From Octopus sinensis (taxonomy: Eukaryota), in contig NC_042997.1 of assembly GCF_006345805.1 (NCBI RefSeq), positions 123,876,001 to 123,940,000 of the forward strand: a stretch of DNA of 64,000 nt. The letters run 5' to 3'. Of this stretch, positions 39,886 to 51,399 are shown in pieces (within the stretch, counting starts at the first letter, position 1; each line of letters opens with the position of its first letter). A program made the position numbers and the translations under genes. The notes beneath the pieces are model-generated. The model had not been told where the DNA came from. It saw only the letters and a list, made by a program, of their open reading frames with translations, and ran no database searches.

Positions 39886-40858
39886 TGAGGTGACATGGCA
39901 ATCAATTAACTAAAATAGATAAATGGTATTGTAACACCTCTCATCACATTTCGAAGACATAATCATCAAGATTTTGGTGCATTCAATGGAATCTACCATT
40001 AGTCTTGGGAGCGCTACTGGTTGGGAATAACACTGAGAAGAGGGAAAGAACAATAAAATATCTGAAGTGTTAAATGATGAAATATTGCACAAAGTAAAAC
40101 TTAGAGTAATACAGTTTGAGGGAAATGCAAATGAAACATAGACGTTGCCTTTCGTGGGGAATTGAGAGACACAGAAACACTTGTAAACGAGACACAGTTG
40201 CGATAATAAAAAAAGAGTGCTTAAAGAAAATTAAAATGTCATAATGGGACAGAGCAAAGGGTAAATTATTATTGTCAATGCCCCCTTTTAAAGCCTAGCC
40301 AGGCTCATGGGCCCGGTTTTCCAGTTTCTATGGTGTATGCGTTCCCCGAGCCAATCGTGCTTAAACACAGAAATTAGAAGATGGGAGGAGAGAGGAAGGT
40401 AAAAATGCCGATGGGAAAATAAATTGTGGTGGCAATGAGAAATAAGCATCTACTAAAATGAATAGAAATATATATGTGCGTAAACGCGTAAGTCGATAGA
40501 AAGTGAATCAGTAACCTTCCTATACATCACTTTTGTCTTTTATATATCTCGCACACTTGAATGATTTTTATAGAATTATATCTCAGGCACCAGTTTTTTC
40601 ACTACTGGATGAAGCACCAATCCTTATTTTGATTTTAGACCACGAAATGCTATGTAACTGAATTTCCGTTACGTGGTCAGGAGGTAAGAAATAATCATCT
40701 GCAAAATTTGAATTCAAAAATATATCGGTCTGAAGAAAACCCCCGAAACAGATGTTCCGCCGACCTAGTTCTGGCAATCCGCTACTATGCACTAGTAAGT
40801 TTTATATCCATGACGGAAGTATGGAAAGTATTATTAGCTGACACTTTCAATTCGCTAC

Positions 40859-40949
<91 letters not shown>

Positions 40950-41300
40950 TATGTGTGTGTGTGTGTGTGTGTATACATACATACATGCATATATATATAT
41001 ATATATATAAAGAGAGAGAGAGAGAGAGAGAAAGAGAGTGAGTGAGAGAGAGATTTAAGAGACAGAACCACCTTCAAGCAACTCAATCAACATTGGACGA
41101 CGTTATGTATGATAGAAGTATATAATATTGAATATTATCAACTTAATACCTGCCATTAATAATCTGATTCATATACATTAGATATACTACGCGCGTTTCA
41201 TGACAATAAATCTATCGATATTGCTAAAGTAGAAGGTCTCGAAATTCAATACTTTATCGATCCGACTACACTGGGGGAGGGACAAACACAGACACACATA

Positions 41301-41392
<92 letters not shown>

Positions 41393-41399
41393 TACATAT

Positions 41400-41515
41400 A
41401 TACGACAGGCTTCTTTCAGTTTCCATCTACCAAATCCACTCAGAAGGCTTTGGTCGGCCCGAGGCTATAGTAGAAGACACCCACACATGGTGCCACGCAG
41501 TGGGACTGAACCCAG
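41400..41515 (-). mobile_element. CORE-like SINE fragment
   Basis: GGGTTCAGTCCCACTGCGTGGCACC...GTCTTCTACTATAGCCTCGGGCCGACCAAAGCC on the minus strand. Confidence 0.75.
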
Positions 41516-41639
41516 GGCGGATGCTTATTCTAACGAATTAGACTCAAGTAAATACATGTAAAACAATTACCTTACGGTGCTTAAGAAAATTTACTCACAG
41601 AAATTATTACCTGGAATCCCACCTATAGTCCACAATGGG

Positions 41640-42530
41640 GAAGTCTAAGTCCTGCAGTCTCTACAAATAGCCAGATACAATTTGGGGTGGGATCAGGAGT
41701 TAGAACCTATATACAGGATATGTCAATAAAATATACAAGAAAAGAAGTTTCGGGGTAGAAGTCAATGATATAATTGCTGCGGGGCCGCTTATGTCCTTCA
41801 GCATCTTAACGTTATAACTTGCATGAGGGAACAATGAAAAGAGTGAACAGATTAAGAATCCGCGGGTTGAGGTTAAGGGGAGGTAACTGGTATAGGTAAT
41901 ATAGCAATTTAATTAAGGCTACTAGGAAATGAAATACCTCGTGTATTTACCTTTTAGATAATATGTATAAAGAATTCTCTGAACTTGGGGGAGGCCTATA
42001 CAAATACGAAGCACTTTTCCTTATTTAAGCATCTCCTATAGACGCCTTGTTACACTGCCTGTGGAGGAAGAAATAAGTGAGGTGGAACTACAGAACAAGA
42101 CAGGCATCAGTGACGAGGAGGAATTGTCGAATACCGGTTGGGAAATGGTGAAGAAAAAGAGCAGAAAGCGGTGGGAAAAGATAGACAATGTAAAAGATGA
42201 ACCCCTGCCCACACCCACCTGGCCCTCACACACACCAACTCTACACCAACCACTCCCTTATGACACCAACCCTCCCCATGCCCAGTCTGACAAAAAACTA
42301 TTGCAAATACACAAGAGCCTTGCAATGAAAACTTCGTATTAATGCACAACGGACAGATTGAGGAACTGGATAATGAAGTAAATTCGTGGTACGGAATAGT
42401 CAATATGGATATAGCAGGTTTACGGGGTCTACCCGAGACAGATCTGGAGGACGTGTGCAAGGTGCATAGGTATATAAAAAAACTGTGACTGTGAGTGGTA
42501 GTCCAAACAAATGAACAGCAGCACAATGCC
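41640..42530 (+). pseudogene. Decayed gag-like ORF1 relic, copy 1
   Basis: VEEEISEVELQNKTGISDEEELSNTGW aligns with VEEEERDVALQRKTGTSVEEEESNTSW (43950-44030); HNGQIEELDNEVNSW...GLRGLPE aligns with NDGENEELHDKIDLW...GVQGMPE. Confidence 0.65.
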
Positions 42531-42730
42531 GAAAAGTATAAGGTACGTGTACATTTAAAAAAAATAGACATTTTGGAAAAAGATATTGATTAGGGAGATG
42601 TACTCGCATAGCAAGTAATTTGATCTGAGATCGTGTGCTGAAACGAAAACAATTGCAGCGTGGAAGGTGTTTGTAAGCCATTTAAGAAACACACAAAAGC
42701 CGTTCGATTCACTTCAACATATAAGTTTAA

Positions 42731-42780
42731 TTTGTCAAAATATTTTCGTCGCTAAAATCCGCGACCTGTTCACTGACAAA
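42731..42780 (-). ncRNA. Type I hammerhead motif with swapped G3:C8 core (copy 1)
   Basis: TTTGTCA-GTGAACA-G-GTCGC.GGATTTTA.GCGAC-GAAA-ATAT-TT-TGACAAA: 7-bp stem I, 5-bp stem II, palindromic AATATT stem III. Confidence 0.7.
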
Positions 42781-42831
42781 AATTCGTGCTGCATCTCGTG
42801 CCGTTTGATTCACTTCAACATATAAATTTAA

Positions 42832-42881
42832 TTTGTCAAAATATTTTCGTCGCTAAAATCCGCGACCTGTTCACTGACAAA
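42832..42881 (-). ncRNA. Type I hammerhead motif with swapped G3:C8 core (copy 2)
   Basis: Identical 50-mer 101 bp downstream. Confidence 0.7.
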
Positions 42882-43029
42882 AATCCGTGCTGCAAATGTG
42901 TTGATATTGATTAGCTATTCTGTAAATAATTGTGTTCAAATCGTTTATCAAATTGGCTGTTCCAAAGGGTAATGTAAATTGTGTTGCTACAGGTTCAATG
43001 AGATCGCTCCGTGATTCATTTGTTTCGTT

Positions 43030-45128
43030 GGATTTCTAGGAGATAGATGTGTTGTTTTGGCTGTGCGACGTTTTTCCTCTTGAGCAATGGAGGAGCATCG
43101 AGTGAGGAGTTACGGGTGTTCTATGTCAAACGTGGAAAGCTGCCCTTCCTCGGACTATGTGTCGTCTGAGGAAGAAATAGTAGAGTGCCTGAAGAAAATA
43201 GACAAGACTATGGAAGAAAGAAATTATGCTGCAACGACGGAAGAAAAGTGCGAAGACATAAGGTTGGAGGACGTAAGCAAGTTTAAAGGAATGCTTGATG
43301 GGAGGGGAACCAAGAGAAGGTATTCCCCGCCAAAGAAGTTTAGAAGGAAGTAGAAGAAAGAACGGTAATTTATAGAACGTACTCCGTGGCAGCCAGAAAA
43401 ATTGAGAATATGTCGATAGTACAAATAGAAAAGGCGTTGAGACCAGTTTGGCAAGGGATTTCGTACCTTGCCAGAGGAAAGAAATTTAGAACGGTAGTAG
43501 TGCGGTTTGGAAATGTAGCTACCCCAAGGCACTCAGCAACACAGCTGAAAACGAATGAGGTAGTTCTACCCGTTTACCTTGGGAGGCATGGTTCCAGGTT
43601 TAGGGTGGAGGAAATACATCCAGAGGCGGATGTAGCCTGGCAGGTGGCTGGTGGCTGCTATACTGCTAGGAATGCAGGAGAAGGTGATGGTCCTACTGTT
43701 TACCACAACACCTCATAGGAACTGGCAGGGACACACCCTTGATATGGTGGTGCAAATCGTTGAGGAGACTATCGAAAAAATGGTCGAGAATATCACAGTG
43801 AGGGAGACGATATTAAAGGTCAGAGCAGAAGGGAAGATTACGTGATGCTATAAATGTGACATGAAAGGCCACATTAGAGCGGAGTGTCCTCCACTACAAG
43901 AAATGGATTATGAGAGACAGAAGGTAAAAGTGGTTGATACTCCACTGATCGTGGAGGAAGAAGAAAGAGATGTGGCACTACAGAGGAAGACAGGTACCAG
44001 CGTTGAGGAGGAGGAATCGAATACCAGCTGGATGATAGTGGTAGAAGAGCAAGAAGAGGAGGAAGAATCACGCGTTGTGAAGGAGGATCCCCAACCTACA
44101 ACCACTTTACCCCAACCAGCCCTACAGACACCAGCCCTCTCCATGCCCCACCTAAGATGAAGACAAACACAAGCACACACGAGTCCCAAATTTCTCCACC
44201 ATCGCCCTTGAAAAATCATACTATATTGAACGATGGAGAAAACGAAGAACTGCATGACAAAATAGACTTGTGGGTCAATGCTATAAAAGTGGGTGTATCA
44301 GGAGTGCAGGGGATGCCTGAGTACGTTCGTTGTGTAGTGGCAGACCCAGAATATATGTCGGAATTGAAAAACTATGAGGTAAATCAAGACTATAAATGGT
44401 GGGTCAAGAAATTAGACTCCGGCGTCATGCCGAAACAAGTAAGTTTTCAGGATATTTAAAAACTTTATTCTTCGGAAGTATTCCAATTAACTGTCGCTAC
44501 AAACGTAAGCAAAGGCATTATGAACTAGTTATTTAAAAAATGGTTGTATTAATAGCTGGAGCCGAACGGCTTCATTTCATCTTTCATTATATAAATTCAT
44601 TCTTTTCATTCGTTTTTTCTTTTGGCCCCACCTTGTGCTTCCCCCACTATGTAAGGCCTCCATAGGCAATTTCATAGAATAAAGAAGCTTGCCTCCGGTT
44701 GAAGACTTCGGTCATATTTTTCTTTTTCTTTTTTTTTTTTGCTCTCTGGAAGTTGTCCTTTTTTTATTGTTGAAACTGTTATGTATTGTAAATTGTTGTT
44801 GAAAATTCATTGTTGAAAATTATTATTGTGAAATGTTTTCTGATTGCACTCTGTGTTGGATTGGATTCTTCAACGGAGTGCATTTTTAAAATTTAGCCTT
44901 TGCAAGCATTGTTGAACTGCGCCTCACCCCTAAATGGGGGGGTGGGATTTGAACTGTTGTTCCTATTGCGAGGAATTTATTTTTTGAACTGTGGAAACCT
45001 ACAATTTTCTTTTGAGAAAAAAGAACTGTATTCAGCCGTTTTAGTCTCATTACTTGAGCTGATCCCCTCCCCCTGGCGAGGATGGGATTTGAACTTACTG
45101 ACTGCAAAATAATAATAATAATAATAAT
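43030..45128 (+). mobile_element. ORF1-only non-autonomous retroelement candidate (HAL1-like architecture), copy 2
   Basis: One disrupted gag-like frame at 43087-44459, ~650-bp 3' region with two ...GGGATTTGAAC hairpin motifs (~44925, ~45062), (AAT)n tail ending ~45128, no APE or RT. Confidence 0.55.
43087..44459 (+). pseudogene. Gag-like LINE ORF1 with CCHC zinc knuckle (frameshifted)
   Basis: CYKCDMKGHIRAEC (C-x2-C-x4-H-x4-C) at 43846-43887, followed by acidic and Pro-rich segments. The ORF-track pieces 43087, 43386, 43651, 43861 and 44157 join across stops and frameshifts. Confidence 0.7.
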
Positions 45129-45129
45129 A

Positions 45130-45835
45130 TCTTGGAACTGTTCGTGCGGTGGAGATAATAAGAGAAGTATGCTCTCTCGATGAGTGTGAGGCTTTGGAGG
45201 CTAACCAGCCTACAAAACAAGTCTCCAAAGGCTTTACGGCAGTCGCCGCCGTACAAATGGAAAGTCTGGAGATCCCACTGGAAAAACTCCAGGAAAAGTT
45301 TTTTAAAATTACAGAGGAGGAGAGTGAAGTAAAAATATTCCCTCCCACCAACACAACAGATGAGATTATTGAAAATGCCTGGCAGCCTTATGGAAAGCTA
45401 TTAGCTATATAACAAAAGGAAGGAAATTTGGCACAATAGAAGCCAGATTTAGAACAATAGAGATGGCCCGCGAGTAATCTGTCAACCCCTGGAAGCCAAC
45501 AAAAGAAGTGGTGCTTCTGCTAACCTATATGAGGCGGCGCACGTCCCGTGCCAGGGTGACAGCGGCGCCGCCGGAGGTAGATTCCGCGTTGGTGATGGCC
45601 GCTCTATTGTTTAACAGGGAATATAAATATAATATCCTGCAAGTAACACGCTCTGTCCCCTAAAATTGGCTCGGGCAGAGCATTGCGGCCATCATTCATG
45701 CCAGAAGTTGGTTATCTTCTTTAGTTACCACATCGATAGCAAGTTCAGGCTGGAGAGGAGATACCTGTCACAGGATATGTTCGTGAAAAGATGGAAGCAA
45801 TTAGAGAACAAGCTGCGAGTGACTACAACTAGGTA
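45130..45835 (+). pseudogene. Decayed gag-like ORF1 relic, copy 3
   Basis: KEVVLLLTYMRRRTSRARVTAAPPEVDSALVMAALL aligns with NEVVL.PVYLGRHGSRFRVEEIHPEADVAW..AAILL; NWLGQSIAAII aligns with NWQGHTLDMVV of copy 2. Confidence 0.55.
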
Positions 45836-46089
45836 AGTGGGGCCAGGAGGAAAAGTAAAGGTTCAAATCTGGCGGTTAGTTGACTTTCCTTCAGTCACTC
45901 ATTGCAAAATTTGCAATGATTATCTAATTTATATAGAAATTTTGAAAAGAAGAAAAATCTAATTTTTAACAGCATAACACTTATATTGTATCATTCGAAA
46001 CTTTCATTCGTAATAAGCAACTACTTCACCCTCTGTCTGTCCTTGTTTGTCCCGTCAATATACAGCTTCCATAGACAATTTATGAAATA

Positions 46090-46203
46090 AAGAAGCTTGC
46101 TTCCCAACAACTTGGTTCTGGGTTCAGTCCCACTGCGTAGCCCCTTAGGCAAATGTCTTCTACTATAGCTTTGGGCCGACCAAAACTTTGTGAGCCCGTC
46201 GTG

Positions 46204-46282
<79 letters not shown>

Positions 46283-46475
46283 TTTGTCCCCCACCATCGC
46301 TTGACAACAGATGTTGGTGTGTTAATATCCCTGAAACTTAGTGGTTCGGCAGAAGTACCGATGGAATAAGTACTAAGTTTACAAAGAATAAGTCCTGGGG
46401 CGGCTTCTTCGAATAAAGCCGGTGTTCCAGCATGGCCGCAGTCAAATGATTGAAACGTATAAAAGATTAAAAGAG
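46090..46475 (+). mobile_element. CORE-like SINE with internal (TA)n(TG)n at 46203-46282
   Basis: GGGTTCAGTCCCACTGCG...TTAGGCAAATGTCTTCTACTATAGC body and CCATCGCTTGACAAC...CAGCATGGCCGCAGTCAAATGATTGAAAC tail. Confidence 0.85.
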
Positions 46476-48539
46476 TATATGTAATTGTGAAGAGACCCAT
46501 ATCAATACGAGATGCGAAATACTATGAATATTCACTGTAATGCGCTTAGAGTGGAGATATTTATACATTAATTGTCGCTAATTTCACACCTTTAACTGGA
46601 CCGAAGATCATGTAAGCTATACCGCTCTTTACAAACTAGTGGTCATAATCATAATTCAGTCGACTCCTGTTATGAAAGCGCGTTTCTTTTGTAGAAATAT
46701 GAAGCTGAAACCATGGCTCTTTAAGCTGAATATTTAGACGAGTTGAGTTCCACATGTCGTTACACATGCATTAACGTGTACATATCGACATTGAAATTGC
46801 ACTTATATAATCATTGGCTTGATGTATGTTTGTAACCATCCTCGGTATTTTTCGTAAAGTGTGATAGAAAATAAATATATAAATAATTAGGTGACCAAAA
46901 ATAGATTATATTTGAGCAGACCATTTGGCGCTGCAGGTATTTGAAATCTACACAGCAATGGTATTATGTAATATATTCAGCCGTTCTGATAGTTGAACAG
47001 TCACAGTAGACTATAACATTAATAGAAACAGCATGGAAATACACGGTTACTATTGCTAAAAGTAGAAATTGGTTGTCGTTGCCTATCATATATGAATTAC
47101 TAATTAGTTATATGAAATGCAAAAGTATTCTGAGATATATCGTCTTGAATATGCAAAAGACTTAAGATTTATATAGAGAGAATGGCATAAGAATATTGGC
47201 AGTAAGTTTCAGACTTGGTGGAAATAATTGGAAAATCGAAAACTATCATAAAACATTGCCAAACATTGCCTGTAAGCAATAAAATACAAATTTTCCTGTA
47301 CAGCGTGTTAAAAAGTATTGTGCGCCAGGAAAAGCAGTACATTCAATTAATAGGTGTGCATGTTTTCTAAATTTATGATTGCCCTGGACAAAAATGTTCA
47401 TAATTGAAGAAGACACAGACGTACATTTTAAACTTTTCTATTTTGGAGTGAATTTTCATTAATTTCGGGGGTATGTGTGGGGAAAGAGTGTAAAATATTT
47501 TAAAATTTGTTTATAATTAAATGTAACTAAGGGATATAGGTACGATAATTTTTTATATTAGAAAAGTCAATACGGATGATGCTTAAAATGAATATCAAAG
47601 TTTTGATGTCGCAGAAAAGGGATGATTTTTTGGTGGCAATGGAGGCGGCAGCATTGGTACTGATGCTGGAGCTAGTACTGCTACTACTACAGGTACGGAG
47701 AGATCACAGGTTTTCAGATCAATGAGGCTGATCAGCGAGGAATTTCAACCGTGTTTCATGGTCTGATACCACAACAGCTCCTTTATAGGATCTAGTTAGC
47801 TCAAGAGATCATCAGGAGGAACCACGTCCTATTTACTACTACTCTACCGTTTTGACGTGGCGGGGCCCCCCTTTCGGATGTGTCTTCTCCTCAGGTGTTG
47901 GGTGCATGTCTTCTTTCTTCTTTTTTCTTCTGTTCCCTGACCTCTTCGAAGTAGCGTCAACGACTGTCAGCGGGCGACTGACTGTCTTGTCAAATTTTTT
48001 CCTTTACATTTGACACGACAGAAAAAAAATTGACAAGAAATGAAATGATATAGATAATGTGTATAATTCAAAAGTGCACTGACGAAATACTGGAGATGCC
48101 ACAATCAATATGTGCTTGTCGATCGTTACGTCATCAGGACAAGAACCGATGTAATATGTACCAAAAAAGCCAGATGAGGCTTTCTTACGGTCGGAGCATA
48201 TTCGGACGCGTCATATTCAACAGGGTAGGTTTTGTAAATGCATGTATGTTTCAGTGAGTGGTGAAGACTGCATATATATATATATATATATATCCTAAAT
48301 TAGAAGGAAATATTCAGTATACCTGCTTTTCATAAAGACGTATTGTTTAAAAAATCAGTCCCGATTGTTTTATTAGTTCATTTTACATATAAAATCGGGC
48401 ATTTTGTGATGACACAGTGGTTTCATGAAAATTACTCAGGACTCGCTGAACAAAGGTTTAGAAAAAATAGTAGTAAAAAATTTAGAGCAATGAAAACTTA
48501 AAGGCTGTAAGCTGCATAAAATCATTCCACTTAACTGAC

Positions 48540-49010
48540 AGTTCTCTTGAATTTGTTGCAATGGATACGTCGCATCAATCAATTACTATTGGGAGGTTAC
48601 ATTTTTCACATGAATTATTCACTCTTATTTCGTAACGTTTGAATGCAGCGAATTTCTACCTCTTCGATGGTGGGTATCAGAGATGTGGTCGAATAGAGAA
48701 AATTGGAAAGTTTATATCAAAAGGAGAGGATAATTTCACGCACTCATAGAGATGTTTTAGACAAATTAATATGCCCTTTTGGTGAAGTTCTGACAACTTA
48801 TATGACGTTAAATAATAGAGGTTTAGAAATGTTGGCAATGTACCAAGTTCTTATAAGAAAACAGAATACATTGATTAAGAAATTATCTAACTATCTTATA
48901 GAACAGAGAAATTATGACACATGACGTTTAGAAGAGAACTGACATTGGTACACTTCATAAAGCTATTAGAAAATTTGTGTAGTTAAATGAATTACAGCGA
49001 TGAACAGTAT
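48540..49010 (+). pseudogene. Possible heavily decayed Merlin/IS1016-like transposase
   Basis: Only weak, order-consistent resemblances (VAMDTS ~ VEIDES; WWVSEM ~ WVFGM; YMTLNNRGL ~ AY..L...GF); many stops. Confidence 0.25.
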
Positions 49011-49601
49011 TGTTAAAAGCAGAATAAGAAGCTGAAAGAAGTAATAAGCGTAAATGAGTCAACGATATATCTAGGAAATGACTAGACATGTCTGTACGAA
49101 ATTAGATAAAAAGACATTTATCAAGCGAAGAAATTCGGTAATAAAGAAGTATATTTGCAAAATTACTACTATCAAATGAAATTTCTTGGTTAATTTATCA
49201 TTATAAAAGATTAATTATGATATGATTATTTTATTAAACGATCTGTAAATAGAAGTATCTAGTAGTCACCAGTAACACACGAAAGATTAATAAGTGAAAT
49301 TATGATTTTAAAAGTTGTGATTTCACACTAAATATAGAAGTAGTATGAAACAGTGATTTCACACTAATTATAAATGCCTAAATGTCTTATTCTAATATTG
49401 AGAGACTAGCAAATTTAAGAGCTCAACACCCTGTAGCTAAAACTATAGTAACTCTACCAACGATTTTATGTAAATCAAGAACACCTTATTCTGTTTCCCT
49501 CCTAAATATCTACAGGATCTGAGGCCAGGGCAAAGCTAATCAATATCAATATCAACAACGAAGCCATTTCAGTTTTTTCATAATCCTAATCAATTGTCTG
49601 T

Positions 49602-50252
49602 GGAGGTGCAATTGCCCAGTGGTTAGGGCAGCGGATCGTGGTCACAGGATCGCGGTTTCGATCACCAGACCGGGAATTGTGAGTGTTTATTGAGCGAAAC
49701 ACCCAAAGCTCCACGAGGCTCCGGCAGAGAGAGGTGGGGTGAATCCTGCTGTACTCTTTCACAACAACTTTCTCTCACTCTTTCTTCCTGTTTCTGTTGT
49801 ACCTGTATTTCAAAGGGCCAGCCTTGTCACACTGTGTCACGCTGAATCTCCCCGAGAACTACCATAAGGGTACACGTGTCTATGGATCTAAAGACTCCGC
49901 CGGTTACGACGACGAGGGTCCCAGCTGATACGATCAACGGAACAGCTTGCTCGTGAAATTAACGTGCAAATGGCTGAGCATTCCACAGACACGTGTACCC
50001 TTAACGTACTTCTCGGGGATAATCAGCGTGACACAGAGAGTGACAAGGCTGACCCTTTGAAATACAAGTACAACTCATTTTTGCCAGCTGAGTGGACTGG
50101 AGCAACGTGAAATAAAGTGTCTTGCTCAAGGACACAACGCGTCGCCGGGAATCAAACTCACAACCTTACGATCATGAGCCGAATGCCCTAACCACTAAGC
50201 CACGCGCCCTCACATACGTGTCTATGGAGTGCTCAGCCACTTGCACGTTAAT
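49602..50252 (+). mobile_element. SINE family A interrupted by an antisense SINE
   Basis: Matches 25439 up to 49886 and resumes GTGCTCAGCCACTT at 50229. Confidence 0.85.
49887..50215 (-). mobile_element. Full-length SINE family B with a 13-bp target-site duplication
   Basis: TSD ACGTGTCTATGGA at 49874-49886 and 50216-50228; head GGCGCGTGGCTTAGTGGTTAGGGC...GAGTTTGATTCCC. Confidence 0.9.
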
Positions 50253-51399
50253 GAATGAGCTGCGACGTCACTGGTGCCTAGTTATATCGGCCTTTTCCTT
50301 TCCGTTGGATAACATCGGTGGCGTAGAGATGGGGAGGTTGGTATGATAGGGCGATTGCTGGCCTTCCATAAACAACTTTGCCCAGACTTGTGTTTCGGAG
50401 GGTAACTTTCTAGGTGCAACCCCATGGTCATTCATGATCGAAGGGGGTCACAAATCAATTGCCTAAGGTAAAAGAGAAACATAATATTCAAAATGCTATC
50501 CACTGTTAATTTTAGCAATATATATCAATAGCGATATTCTAGCGAAATAGTGAAGCAACTTCTCTTTTTTCAGTGCCGTGAACTATTTCGTTTGGTATAA
50601 TCCTATTTTTTAGGCACAAGGCCTGATACCCTGAGGATTACATCGACACTATTACTGAAATAAGACTTCTGTTATCGAACCACTACATTGGGATTAGCTC
50701 TATATCAGTGTCTTTATATTTGGGTAATTTCATAATTTACTTTAACGAAGGTACTTTGATTAAAAGGCACTTGATTTCTAGATATTCTTTACAAAATACC
50801 GAGTCGATTAACCATAAACTCTGTGTGTTTGTTTGTGTGTGTGCACGTGTGTGCGTACGTATGTGTGTGTGTGTATGTATGTGTGAAGGGTATCTGAAAG
50901 CCTCTTTGTGTATGTTGTTTATGCTACCTGTTTTATTGAAATTTTATAATACTAACATAAGTGATAGATAAGCAGTTGTTAATGGCATCAACCCGTACAT
51001 TATTTTATTATACTTAACATACTTTCAAATATATGAAAACATTATAATAATCGTGTCTCTACATGTATTTCTTCCTGGCTAAAATCTGGCATTTACAGAC
51101 AAAATGCCTAATTTTCTTTGCAGCGTCTACACATTTTATGATTACTTGATATTCCCTGTTTTATGCTGTTGGTATTCTAATGATAAATATTTCACTACTG
51201 ACTATTACATGCGATTTTCTGATGCATAAAACGCACCCCTTCTTTCTTAAAGTGGGTGTGGCATTACGGAGATGTACTTGCATAGAAAGTATTTTGATCC
51301 AAGATCGTGTTCTGAAACTGAAATCATTGCTGCGTGGAATACATAAGTTAGCCATTCAGAAATACAAATGTCAAGTTCGGTTTTTTGTGCAGCACTGTG

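Larger units (their letters stand above)
42565..42893 (-). mobile_element. PLE-type partial tandem terminal repeat (101-bp duplicated unit plus tail)
   Basis: 42700-42792 and 42801-42893 are near-identical; the tail segment GGAGATGTACT(C/T)GCATAG...GCCATT recurs at 51268-51356. Confidence 0.7.

Noticed and set aside
40724-40760. CTGAAGA-AAACCCCC-GAAA-CAGATG-TT
   Set aside because: Core spacing fits, but stem II cannot pair and stem I is out of register.
47640-47990. GC-richer island with purine-rich minus strand
   Set aside because: Possibly a retroelement 5' end or regulatory DNA, but I found no motif or ORF I can support.
48115-48143. Minus-strand CTTGTC-CTGATGA-CGTAACGA-TC-GACAAG
   Set aside because: 6-bp stem I and core are present, but GAAA and stem III are missing; at best a deleted relic.
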